Positions 13,479 to 25,279 of a stretch of DNA of 64,000 bases are shown here, in pieces; within the stretch, counting starts at the first letter, position 1; the number at the start of each line of letters is the position of its first letter. This DNA comes from Ruditapes philippinarum (lineage: Eukaryota): the NCBI RefSeq assembly GCF_026571515.1, contig NW_026863536.1, positions 62,001 through 126,000 on the forward strand, in the 5' to 3' direction. A program made the position numbers and the translations under genes. The notes under the pieces were generated by a model, which was given only the letters and a program-made list of their open reading frames with translations, made no database searches and was not told the origin of the DNA.

Positions 13479-16453
13479 ACCCTGTACGAAATTTTACTCC
13501 TGTATTTTTGCCTAAAATACACCTGTTTTTCTGTTAAAAATTACAGCTGTATTTTTCTTCAGTTTTGATAAACATATAGCAAATTACACCTGTTTTTTCA
13601 AAAATACACCTGTTTTACACCTGTACTTTGAACGAAATATGTAAATTAACCGTATTTTTCTACGGGTCGAAAATACAGTTGTCCTGTTTTACAGCTGTTT
13701 AAAATACAGGTGTAAAATTTTACAGGTCTAAAAATACAGGTGTATAATTTTTCCAGCTCAAAAATACAGGTGTAAAATTTTACAGGTCAAAAATACAGGT
13801 GCCCTTATTGTTTAATGGATGAAAACCACACATAAATGCAAACATATTTGGCATGTTTGGTGCAAATATCTTTTTCATTGGGAAAAATACACTTTGGTCA
13901 GAAATTTTGTGCAATCTTTAAAAATAAGAAATGGTTGAGGAGAAAATATCTTTTTACAAGATTTAGGTACAAATAACAGACATTATACAATCACAATAGT
14001 TCACCATGGCACTCTGTGCTAAGGTGAGCGGAAATTTCACTGAATTAGAATCACTATCACTAAAAATGGGGATAAATATAACCAATTTTCACTTTGTCTT
14101 AAATGGAATACTATATTTTATTACATTCTATTACAGTCTTACACTATTGATACTACTGAATAAAAATCCAAGTCATGAATAACACTGCAGGCATCCTTTC
14201 ATTTGAAGAAAAATTCACAAATGCTAAAAAAGTTTTTTTTCTTGTAAAAATTTATTGCCAGTATTTGCCAAATTAATGTCTACATATATAGGTACTTGGA
14301 ATGAAGCCTTTGCAAGTTTTTCTCTTCTTAACTGGTCCCTGTCATTGTGATTCAAGATCCTGTTTAAAGCAGATTCACCTGAATCGAATAAAACATCAAT
14401 AGTTTTACATTAAATGAATACTAAATGATAATCTTACTTTCAATGCTTGCATTTTATACTAATGTCATCAATGCACATATTCAGTGCCTGACCAATTCAT
14501 TTTTTTAAATACGTACCAATAAACTTCAACCTATATATATTGTTGACAATTAATGAATACATGTATTAATTTTCCTACTTAATGCATTGCTTAACAAAAA
14601 ATAATAACTGAGCTGTTTCTATTAGTGGTAAAGGTAACTTAACAGTGTAATATTTATTACAAAGGTGCAATTTTCAAAGAGCCTTATTTTGTTTAATCAT
14701 GAATTTCTGTCAAAACTATTCTAATTATTTCAACTATAATTTCGTTTTACCTGGTCTGTTTAGTCCTTTGCTTTGTTTCATGTAGGAACGTCTCTGGGGT
14801 GTGTACTGTGACCTGTAAGAACAAAATTCATAGTTCATTATAAAAGATATGAAAATAAATTATGACCTATTAATTAGAAGTTAAGTATAAATGTATTTAA
14901 TATCATCTCTTCAAGACTGTATTCAAAAATATAAAGCAGCTAACAGTCAATATTGTATTAAATGCTATTGGTGACAAAATTTACATTTAAAAATTATTTT
15001 CCAACTTGGTAAATAGAATGTAAAATATTATTTTTTTCAGAATAAAGTTGATAAAAATAATTGCTAGTTAAGACCTGAAATAATACTTGTTTTTTACATA
15101 AATGTATCCAAAGTTATTACCTGATTTTTTTATGATTCTGGTTTTCATCTTCTTGTCCAATGTTCAAATTTCATTTACAACCAGCATATCCCATAATCCA
15201 GAATATTGTCATTTTCATTAACAAGACTGTTAAGCCTTGATTTTTTTCTTTGAAAAGTTAAACTTTACACTTGAACATTTTAAACAAAATATTACTTAGA
15301 AAATTGCTTACATCTCCTCAATTTCTTAATTATCAATAAGATCCTTTGTGATACATGAGCACTAATACCACAAATGCCTCAGATTTCAAATTTTACAACT
15401 GTAGAACTGGACTGATTCATCATGCATAATGATAAACAGGGATATTCCACAAATCAAAGCACCCATTTTACTTTCACAATCATATAGACATATGAGGAGA
15501 AAAAATGTGCAATGTAGAATTTCAAATTCATAATAAGTTTTTAAAGGTTTTTAAACTTTGCAATGTCCTTCTAAACATATTTCATTTAAAATCTATATAG
15601 TTGTTTTCCCCCCAAAATGATCAAATATGGAAGGGTCTGGACTATAGCAGAATTTATGGTGGGAAAACAGGTGGTTACCATTATCAGATTGGTCAGTGCA
15701 TGGTGTAAATTCGGTCAGTTGTGTAAAATCATTGTAGAGTAGTAGAGGCAGTGTTTATTTATTTATCCTACTTATGAGAAATTATCAACAGGTCATTTAT
15801 ATTACAAACTAGATTTAGAGAGCTTAATGTATGAGTTTATTTCATACACAATTAACTTTACAGAGTGAAGAACTACTCATAATGTCTGCAAATTTGGAGT
15901 CTTGAATAAGAACATGTACCAGTTTGTTGTTGTTGTTGTAGTTTTTTTGTTGTTGTTCTTTTTATAATAAAAGAACAACAAGTACAGGCCTATGTGAACT
16001 ATCTCACATATTTTAAAACTAAATAATCATATTTAGATTCAAATAAAAGTTGCTTACATAATGTTAAAATTAAATCCTAAGTGTAAATAATGTGCATGCA
16101 GTCTGTACAATTGCATCAAAGATATTAAAGTATTTAAAAAAGAACAATTTCTCTAAAAGATTTTCTAAGTGTGTATTGTACATCTTTGAAAATACAGTTG
16201 TAGTTTTTGACTTAGATTATTTTCAGCACAAAATATCAGCTCAATATTTTCTAAGTATCAGAATTACATGTGTACATCTAAAACACAGGTCTTGTCTCAA
16301 AAATACACCTGCAAAATTGTTAAAATACACCTGTATTTCTTAGTCAAAATGTCAGATTCAGCAAACACAGGTCCCTAAGACCTGTATTTTTAAAAAAACA
16401 GGTGTTTTTCAGTCGTCTTACAGTTGTAAAACAGGAGTTTTTTTCGTATGGGT
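13479..16453. mobile_element. DNA transposon with short TIRs, subterminal repeats and 2-bp TSD (EnSpm/CACTA-like)
   Basis: TG|ACCCTGTACGAAATTTTACTCCTGT ... ACAGGAGTTTTTTTTCGTATGGGT|TG. Many aaaatacacctgt/aaaatacaggtgt subterminal repeats. Removing it restores the host unit tagccctg-tgtcaaaattg. Confidence 0.7.
14224..15170 (-). pseudogene. Spliced ORF remnant inside the TIR element (3 in-phase exons)
   Basis: Exons ..15121, 14751-14812 and 14224-14378 have GT-AG ends and join in frame: NLNIGQEDENQNHKKIR-SQYTPQRRSYMKQSKGLNRPG-ESALNRILNHNDRDQLRREKLAK... An in-frame TGA lies upstream. Confidence 0.4.
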
Positions 16454-16867
16454 TGTGTCAAAATTGCACCACCCCGGATGAACATAAATTTACTCTATAA
16501 TTATGTATATAATATAAATAAAAAAAAAATATTCCCTAAATAAACAAGAGCTTAAGCTTAGTTTCCATAGCAACCAGTGACTTCATAGTAGCCAATGACT
16601 TTTAATAGCAACCAGCAAACATTAACATTCCATAGCAACAAGTGAAATACCATTAATTTTGTATAGCAAACTGACATCTTAAGGAACTGTTGTTTTCCCT
16701 GAGCAAAAGCAACCAGTAAAGTATTTCAGATCCAAATATGAACTTTATGATATCCTAATCAGTTGAATATTTAGTTTTTATATCTGCTTTCATTTATCGT
16801 TTTCAATATTACTTGTTCCTTGTCATGGAGGATATTCATTGTCAGGTGAGCGATATAAGGGCCATTA

Positions 16868-19041
16868 TTATCTCCCCTTTTAGAAAAATCTTGTCCAGGA
16901 CATAGCTGTAAAACTATAAGAGATAACAACATGAAACTTTGTAGGTAGATATATCTCAATGGGTAGATGTGCAGTGCACAAGAATCATAACTCTGCCTTG
17001 CCTAATTCTGGAGTTATTGCCCTTTGTTTATTTTTAGCTCACCTGTCACAAATTGACAGGGTGAGCTTTTGTGAGCGCTTTTCGTCCGGCGTCCGTCCGT
17101 CCGTAAACTTTTACTTTAAATGACATCTCCTCATAAACCACTAAGCCAATTTCATCCAAACTTCACAGAAATGTTCCTTTGGTGGTCACCTTTAAAAATT
17201 CTTCAAAGAATTTAATTCCATGCAGAACTCTGGTTGCCATGGCAACCAAAAGAAAAAACTTTAAATATCTTCTTTTAAAAAACCATAATAGCTAGAGCTT
17301 AGATATTTGGCATGAAACATCTTCTAGTGAGTGTCTACCAAGTTTGTTCAAATAAAAGCCCTGGGGTCAAAATTGGCCCCACCCCGGGGGGTCATTGATT
17401 TTCCCTATATGCATATAGTAAAAACTTAAAAAATCTTCTTTTAAAGAACCAAAAGAGTTAGAGCTAAGATATTTAGCATGAAACATGTTCTAATAAGTGT
17501 CTACCAAGCTTGTTCAAATAAAAGCCCTGGGGTCAAAATTGGCCCCGCCCCGGGGGTCATTGATTTTCCCTATATGCATATAGTAAAAACTTAAAAAATC
17601 TTCTTTTAAAGAACTCAAAGAGTTATGGCTAAGATATTTAGCATCAAACATGTTCTAATAGGTGTCTACCAAGTTTGTTCAAATAAAAGCCCTGGGGTCA
17701 AAATTGGCACCGCCCGGGGGTCATTGATTTTCCTAATATGTGTATAGCAAAAACTTAAAAAATCTTCTTTGAAAAAACCCAAATAGCTAGAGTTAAGATA
17801 TTAAGCATGAAACATCTTTTAGTGAGTGTCTACAAAGCTGTTCAAATAAAAGCCCTGGGGTCAAAATTGGCCCTGCCCCAGGGGGTCATTGATTTTCCCT
17901 ATATGCATAAAATTAGTAAAAACTTAAAAAATCTTCTTTTAAAGAACCAAAAGAGTTAGAGCTAAGATATTTAGCATGAAACATGTTCTAATAAGTGTCT
18001 ACCAAGTTTGTTCAAATAAAAGCCCTGGGGTCAAAATTGGCCCCGCCCCGGGGGTCATTGATTTTCCCTATATGCATATAGTAAAAACTTGAAAAATCTT
18101 CTTTTTAAGAACTCAAAGAGCTATGGCTAAGATATTTAGCATCAAACATGTTCTAATAGGTGTCTACAAAGTTTGTTCAAATAAAAACCCTGGGGTCAAA
18201 ATTGGCACTGCCCGGGGGGTCATTGATTTTCCTTATATGTGTATAGCAAAAACTTAAAAAATCTTCTTTGAAAAAACCCAAATAGCTAGAGTTAAGATAT
18301 TAAGCATGAAACATCTTTTAGTGAGTGTCTACAAAGTTTGTTCAAATAAAAGACCTGGGGTCAAAATTGGCCCCGTCCCGGGGGTCATTGATTTTCTTTA
18401 TATGTGTATAGCAAAAACTTAAAATCTTCTTTGAAAAAACCCAAATATCTAGAGTTTAGATATTAGGCATGAAACATCTTCTAGTAAGTGTCTACAAAGT
18501 TTGTTCAAATAAAAGCCCTGGGGTTAAAACTGGCCCGGCCCCAGGGGTGTCATTGTTTTTAACTATATGTGTATAGTAAAAACTTTAAAAAAATCATCTT
18601 TTAAAAAGCCCAATGAGCTAGAGCTTAGATTTTTAGCATGAAACATCTTCTTATGGGTGTCTACCAAGTTTGTGCAAATAAAAGCCCTTGGGTTAAATTG
18701 GCCCTGCAACGTTGGGGGGGGGGGGGTTTGGGGGGTGGTGGTTGGGGGCCTATATACAGGTGAGCGACCTCAGGGCCATCATGGCCCTCTTGTTACATTT
18801 TGAAGTTGTCTGGGACATAACTCGGAAATCATAATAGATATCATCAAGAAACTTTGTAGGTTGATAGATCACATTGATTAGAAGTGCAGTGCAAAGAACA
18901 GTAACTCTGCCTTGCCTAATTTTGGAATTATTGCACTTTGAACTTTTTCCAGGGACATAACTCTGAAACTACAAGAGGTGTACTTTCCTGTGTCCAAAAC
19001 CTATTCGGGGAGCATCACCCGGCTCAAACCGGGCTCTTGTT
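16868..19041 (+). mobile_element. Helentron-like element (~135-bp repeat family), host of a nested element
   Basis: Sub-TIR ctcccc/ggggag and terminal hairpin cccggctcaaaccggg-ctcttgtt. Unit sequence continues across the 17031-18794 insertion. Same family as 28710-29490. Confidence 0.7.
17031..18794 (+). mobile_element. Helentron non-autonomous element (HINE) carrying a ~165-bp satellite-like array
   Basis: 5' TTTTTAGCTCACCTG..GGTGAGC, (GTCC)n microsatellite, ~9 tandem 165-bp units, 3' CAGGTGAGCGA plus hairpin AGGGCCATCATGGCCCT-CTTGTT. Confidence 0.88.
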
Positions 19042-19634
19042 ATTACTGTCTGTGTTATACCCACAATGCCATGTTGCAATTCTTCACCAGAAGACTTCAC
19101 AATCTTTGACTGAAAATAATACACCAGTCAACAGAAGGTGCTCAACTGGTTGTCTTGAAAGTCCTGTCTTCGGCCACAATCTCCACATATCTAATGGTTG
19201 ATAAATCTTAATAAACTTCCTATTTTGGTTGAATTTCCTTTCCAGAAATAACTAAGTTAACACTATCGTTTGTTTTTCAGAGACAAAAAAATTCTCAAAA
19301 ACAATCAAAGATGGTAATTTTGTATAAGTTTCATTAATTTTGTTCACTAACAAAAATTTATGGAATCAAATTTATTATCATTCAAATGGATAGGCAACAT
19401 TATTGATCCAATGTTCTTCTTTGAAAATTAATGCTCATATTTTCTATCTCTAAAAAGACTATACATAACAGAAATAAAAGATCAGCACAATTTAAAATAA
19501 ATTTAAAGAGTGCTGATCCAATTTTTCAACTTAAAGAAAGCTGATCAATTTTTGCTCGACTATTATATTTATATAACAGTCGTTCTATCCTGACTTACCA
19601 AAGAATTGGCGTCACACTTTTGTTTAAATTGTTC

Positions 19635-21163
19635 TGAAGCGATCCTGCGGGCAAATTGGGCGTGTGATATCATAAGTACATTAATTTACCTCAACAAGAT
19701 GCTCAGTTTTTGGGATTCGTCTAGTACCAGATTTAGATACTTATTTATATAACAAATATAACAAAAAGAGGTGTTCATCTAATCTAAATTTTATTTACTA
19801 TGTTCTACATTTATAAAGTTATTTACATCAATGCATGCACAAAAGTTCTTCTTTTTCTAACATCTACAATAACTCGCTACGTCATCATTGAAAATTCACT
19901 TTTTCAGAATAAGAGTCATGAATCATTGTCATTTATATCAACACATCACTTATAATACACGCACTAAACACTTCACTTAACTTCAATTACTAACACTTCA
20001 CTAAAGTTCACTTACTAACACTTCACTTAACTTCAATTACTAACACTTCACTAAAGTTCCCTTACTAACACTTCACTTAAGTTCACTTACTAACACTTCA
20101 CATAAGTTCATTTACTAAAACTTCACTAAAATTCACGTTAAAACACATTACTGAAAATTCACCTTATAGCACATCACTAATGATTCACTTAACTAACACT
20201 GTTTCAAATTTGAATCACTTTTCATTCACTATTTCACAAACTGAAATATTTCACCAACATGGTGATCAAGGAACTTCACAATCATTATACCTATGTAATT
20301 TAATAGACAATTTTCTAAGTAGTTAAATCACCAACATGGTGATTAAGGAACTTAAACTTTTCATGTACCTAAAGATAATTTTCTAAGTAGTTAAATCACC
20401 AACATGGTGATTAAGGAACTTAAACTTTTTATGTTCAGAAAAACTCTAAGTTGTTAAATCACCAACATGGTGTAAATTTCCTAAGTGGTTAATTCACCAA
20501 CATGGTGTAAATTTCCTAAGTGGTTAATTCACCAACATGGTGATCAAGGTACTTTACAACCTCATTCACTTATACACAAACTTTTCTAAGTACCTACATC
20601 ACCTTCATGGTGAAGCAGTAACTTAGCACATCTGGCACAAAGATACTAACACTTTATCATAAACAATTTAAACACTATGTAGATATGAATTCCATCAAGT
20701 TACACAAACTACACAAACTTGCACTTAGAATAATAAGAACTGTAAATCTTGACACATTTCACAAGTTGTTAAATCACCATCATGGTGTTTAAACAACTTT
20801 AATATTTAACTATTCCATACTAAATTACTAAACACTATTTTCTAGTTAAATCCAAAGGTCAGTGGAGTGAGAGAGAGAGAGAGAGAGACTGCACATGTGA
20901 TGCAGCTATTTATGTAAGACCCACTTGGAATTGACCAATGGGCAGTATTCCTAATCTATTAATAACTTGGACAGGTTATCTACTGATTAAGCAATAGATA
21001 ATAGAGAGTTGAAGTACATGGTAGTATATACATGGTTTAAACCTAATTATTACAAGAAAAGTTACTTATATTTTCTGAAATGAAAAGTATTAAGATAATT
21101 ACAATTATATCTTAATTACAAACTTTAATATCAAATTAACAACAAATAACTAGGGTCGTTGCA
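19635..21163 (-). repeat. 3' LTR (1529 bp)
   Basis: Near-identical to 25280-26817: about 6 substitutions and one 9-bp indel seen by eye. Confidence 0.97.
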
Positions 21164-21175
21164 TTGCCCCCCTCC
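21164..21175 (-). promoter_or_regulatory. Polypurine tract
   Basis: GGAGGGGGGCAA immediately before the 3' LTR on the minus strand. Confidence 0.85.
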
Positions 21176-21251
21176 AAATAAGGTTTGGTCCCCAAATGAG
21201 TGTTACAGTATGACAAATATTGTCAGTTTGACTTTGGTCATGATACATTCT

Positions 21252-21553
21252 TTAAACAAAAACATTCACTTGCTCTATTTTAGTAGCAATTGCTTTCATG
21301 AAATCCGGTAATTGATAATACTTTGCTTCATAAAACAGTTCGTACAAAATTCTTGTATCGTTTGGGAGAGTGCGTATATCAAATGAATCTGTCCTAAGGT
21401 AATTCAAAACATATTTAAACGTTGATGGATCTCTGTCCAGAAAATATTGGCCATTTATAGGTTGTGGTTCACTGATAAAACATGCCAGTAGGCTTGTAAA
21501 GATCTTTTTAAGACTTCAAATGGAGTTCCACCTACATTGATTGCTATTCTCAT
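21252..21553 (-). pseudogene. KCTD-type BTB/POZ (T1 tetramerisation) domain ORF inside the retrotransposon, one frameshift
   Basis: MRIAINVGGTPFEV / FTSLLACFISEPQPINGQYFLDRDPSTFKYVLNYLRTDSFDIRTLPNDTRILYELFYEAKYYQLPDFMKAIATKIEQVNVFV*. The NVGG, FxDRD, FxxxLNYLR and EAxYYQL signatures are all present in order. Confidence 0.88.
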
Positions 21554-21574
21554 TAATTTAGTCCTAGCCCGTTC

Positions 21575-23765
21575 TGAAGGCCTTTTCTTGATGCTCATTC
21601 AATGCATTTATTACACCAATCTGTCACATCCTTCCTCATTGAATACCACATAAATCTTTTTTTTTAAATAAAGTTTTCTTTATACCGAAATGTCCACCTA
21701 CAGGGGTATTATGTAACTCATACAAAACTTTACGTACCAATATTCTTGGTAACACTAAACACTATAAGTAACAACTGTTCACTTCCATCTGTAAAGAATC
21801 TAAACAATTCCAAAAATACTTTATTTCACTCGACATTGGCGACACTTCTGACCAATGCGGTTTATGATTCTCAACTTTCCATTTCCTTAACATACATATA
21901 ACATCATCTTTATTTTGTGCCTCAATTATCAATGCTTTACTTAAATCCTCACTCTCTTGATCTTCATTCATGAAAACATTTGACTTCTCGTAAGTGTGGC
22001 CCCTTTCTAAGCCTGTTTCACTCACATCGTTAAGAATATCAAACCATTCCCTTTCTTTTGTCAAAACTTTTGTTATTTCTTCAAAATTCCAACAATCAGC
22101 ATTTCTAACATTTTCACTCAATAATTTCTGGCACCTTTCTGCACCATTGTTATTGTCTTTAGTAAATTTGTTATGTAACTCAGTACCTAAAGTAAGGGAA
22201 TTACTTGTGATAACAGCGGCCGTCTGTTTTATATCACTTTCACTCACAATACCACTTCCTTCTCCTGTAACAAACATCTTTCTCGATAAGTTCTTACAAA
22301 TAAAATTAGGACACTTCCGGTCCCTATTTGTGTTCTTAGAACTTTCTTGACCTACATTTCTTTTGACTTAAACATCCTTGCTTAAACAATATTTTGCATC
22401 GTTAAACATGCCACCAGTACTGACTGTGTTAGTCTGGATGACATTAACATATTTCACCTCAGCTCTATCACAATATGCACAATCTTCCGATATACAGGGT
22501 CTCTTCGATAATGCATCTGCATTTGAATGAACTCGCCCTGCTCTATACTTAATTTTAAAATCATATATGGACAAAAATTCAAGCCACCTGGCTATTTGTC
22601 CTTCTGGGCTCTTAAAGTATACACCTTAAAGCACCATGATCACTTCTCACTAGGAAGTGATTACCAAATAGATAATGGTGAAAGTACTTCACCACACTTA
22701 CAACAGCTAAAAACTCCCTTCTTGTTACACAATACCTCCGTTCAGGCTTAGAAAAACATTTACTGTAATAAGCAACCACTTTCTCTTCTCAATTTTGAAT
22801 TTCTTACATGACAGATCCTGTAGCATCCTGACTTGCATCACAATCAATTATAAATGTTTCATTTGACCTTGGATATGCTAATAATGGAGCGTTTGTTAAC
22901 TTTTCCTTCAATTTTGTAAAAGAATTTTCACATTCATTTCCATACTTTAGCAATATACACGCATCCTTAATTATATCATTAATCACATGTTAAATTTTGT
23001 GAACAATTTTCATATAAAACGTTTAAATGCTCTGGAATAGCTTGGTGGTCATTTAATTTGACTGTATTACACTTTTACAGTCATTTTCTTGTGGGACATT
23101 CACTTCTTCAACATAACCTTTGACCGTATTTTTATCAACTTTGCATGCTTTATTATTCAAATTTATCACTCTAATTGGCAAGACATTTGTTGCACAATTA
23201 ACTAAACTTTTTCCCACCAAAAGACCACTCTTTTCAGTTTAAGTTACATTTGGTTCAATGACACAATCACTGTTTCCTAAATTCACAGAAGATTTTCCAG
23301 GAATAACCATTTCTGTTGCTGGTGGTATAATAACATTTTCGGTAACCAGCACTCTATAACATTGTTTATCAGTTTCTCCTTCACTTATAGAGCATTTTAT
23401 AATATTGTTACCAATTTTCAATTCTCTTTTGTGTAAATGAATTTCACAATTATATAATTCAAGGAAGTCAATTCCTAAAATACCATCATTTTAAATGTCT
23501 GCCAGTAAAATATCATGATTAAACATCTGTTTTCCAGTGAGATTTCTGCAGTAATTTTATCATAAAAAGGTACAATATCTCCTGTTGCAGTAAGCATATT
23601 TAAATTCATTTTTTTCTAATGGTAAATTTAAATTCAATTTATCAAAAACACTTTTATTCAATATGCTTACATAAGAACCTGTATCAATTAAAAACGAGAC
23701 TGGCCTCCCATGAACATTGATCATAACAAAAAGTCCATGATCATTGGTACTTATGTTGTAGATTA
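21575..23765 (-). pseudogene. pol: Degenerate pol (protease, RNase H, integrase zinc finger; RT and integrase core deleted)
   Basis: Protease VSFLIDTGSYVSI (~23670-23700). RNase H LTNAPLLAYP..IDCDAS..YRAGRVHSNADALSKRPC. Integrase HNTPVGGHFG..C..C (~21600-21720). Stops and frameshifts throughout; no YxDD seen. Confidence 0.9.
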
Positions 23766-25097
23766 ATTTTTCTGGAGTGGACCTTGGGATACCTGCTGAG
23801 TTTCGGTCCTTAAACCCGAGCTCTGAGCGTTTCCCGAATTGACTACCTCATTTTCACCTTTCTTAGCTGGGGGTCTTGACACTGTGTGATTTCGAGTGTT
23901 ATTTCTAGCATAGTTATTTGATCCTCTTGTGCTCTGCCAATGAGGATTTTGATAAGTGTTACGATATCTTAATCCTCTGTTAAGATTCATAGATTGATAA
24001 CCTTGAACTTCCTTTGCCAATTTCTCCATCTGATATGATAGTTCATTCAATTTCCGGTCAGTTTTGTTTTCTTCTGGAAAAACACTTCTCACTGAATATT
24101 TTCCCCTATTTCTGTCAGCAATTTTGTGTGCATCCAAGCGAACAGCTATTTTCTCTGCTTCACTTATTGATTTAGGACCGACTTCTCTTAGTCTTAGCCT
24201 TATGTCGGTATCTGGCAGTGCATCTATAAAATGTTCCATTGCTAAAAGTTCCAACACATCTGTTGCCGCACTAGGATATGCCTGTCGCGTTAACTTACGG
24301 ACTGACTGTGCCAATTCTGGCAATGTCTCATGCTTCTGTAAAGTACGAGTCTGTAACTTGGATCTATAAATTTCAGCGCGATGTACTGAACCATATCTGT
24401 TTTGTAATGCATGCACTATAGCTTCAAAGCTTTTCCTTTTCTGAGAATCTAATTCACATAAAATTGCCCTAGCATTCCCATTAAGACTGCTTGCTAAGTA
24501 TAACGATTTAGTTTCATAATCCCAATTATTTAATTCTGCCACTATATTGAACTGAGTAAGATATTCATCTAAATCATCCGAACCGTTATATATTTGAGGC
24601 TTAATTTTCATCCCTGAAGAATAGCCTCCTGAAGCACCATTTCTCTTTTCAACATGATTTGTCAACCTTGTTAAATTAACACTATCTTCAATGGAAGAAA
24701 CATATCTGTCATTTTGCACATAATCCTGCTTATCGTGACTTTTTCTCGAATTCATGTTATCAACTTGTGTTTGAAAACTTTTCAATTTTTCATCAAATTC
24801 TTCAAGGGATTGTTGAACACTAGTTTTTATTTGATGCATATTCATTTTAAACTCTTTGGTCATTTCAAACATAATTTTCTCAAATTTTTGTTCAAATTTA
24901 TTTTCTGCAGGCTCCTGTTCTAGATTTTCTTCACTTAATTCACTCACAGTTTCGTCATTTTGAGTGCCAATATCAGTTTCCCAGTTTTCCTCATTTGTAT
25001 TATGAATATCAGCCTCTATGCTTAACTCCAGCATTTTACTTTCACCCTCTTTTTGCATTTTATGACTAAATGTCACTTCAGAATCAATATCTGACAT
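23763..25097 (-). CDS. gag: Gypsy Gag, 444 aa, intact
   Basis: Long ORF after the PBS with a capsid-like motif KPQIYNGSDDLDEYLTQF..NNWD..LASSLNGNA. Slippery site G GGA AAC at 23829-23835, just before the protease. Confidence 0.92.
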   Translation of the reverse strand: MSDIDSEVTFSHKMQKEGESKMLELSIEADIHNTNEENWETDIGTQNDETVSELSEENLEQEPAENKFEQKFEKIMFEMTKEFKMNMHQIKTSVQQSLEEFDEKLKSFQTQVDNMNSRKSHDKQDYVQNDRYVSSIEDSVNLTRLTNHVEKRNGASGGYSSGMKIKPQIYNGSDDLDEYLTQFNIVAELNNWDYETKSLYLASSLNGNARAILCELDSQKRKSFEAIVHALQNRYGSVHRAEIYRSKLQTRTLQKHETLPELAQSVRKLTRQAYPSAATDVLELLAMEHFIDALPDTDIRLRLREVGPKSISEAEKIAVRLDAHKIADRNRGKYSVRSVFPEENKTDRKLNELSYQMEKLAKEVQGYQSMNLNRGLRYRNTYQNPHWQSTRGSNNYARNNTRNHTVSRPPAKKGENEVVNSGNAQSSGLRTETQQVSQGPLQKN

Positions 25098-25260
25098 TTT
25101 GACTTAGTATCACTGGTACTAGATTTAAATTCAAATTAAAGTTATTAAATCACAACTACATTAAACTCAATATAATTCACATAGCACTTTTTCCATCAAA
25201 CACAATCCAAATGAATAAAGAACATAAACATACGCGATATCACACCGTTGAATTTAAATT

Positions 25261-25278
25261 ATCCCACCGCTGCCACCA
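25261..25278 (-). promoter_or_regulatory. Primer-binding site complementary to tRNA-Leu
   Basis: TGGTGGCAGCGGTGGGAT, 1 nt after the 5' LTR, complements the 3' end ATCCCACCGCTGCCA-CCA of metazoan tRNA-Leu(AAG/TAG). Confidence 0.88.
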
Positions 25279-25279
25279 T

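Larger units (their letters stand above)
12470..16870 (+). mobile_element. Helentron-like element (165-bp repeat family) interrupted by later insertions
   Basis: 165-bp-unit sequence at 12480-12700 and 13405-13478, resuming at 16454. 3' end caggtgagcgatataagggcc (16843-16863) matches the end of 17031-18794. Confidence 0.6.

Noticed and set aside
21762-22277. 171-aa ORF as an independent gene
   Set aside because: It is the RNase H-integrase linker of the degenerate pol.
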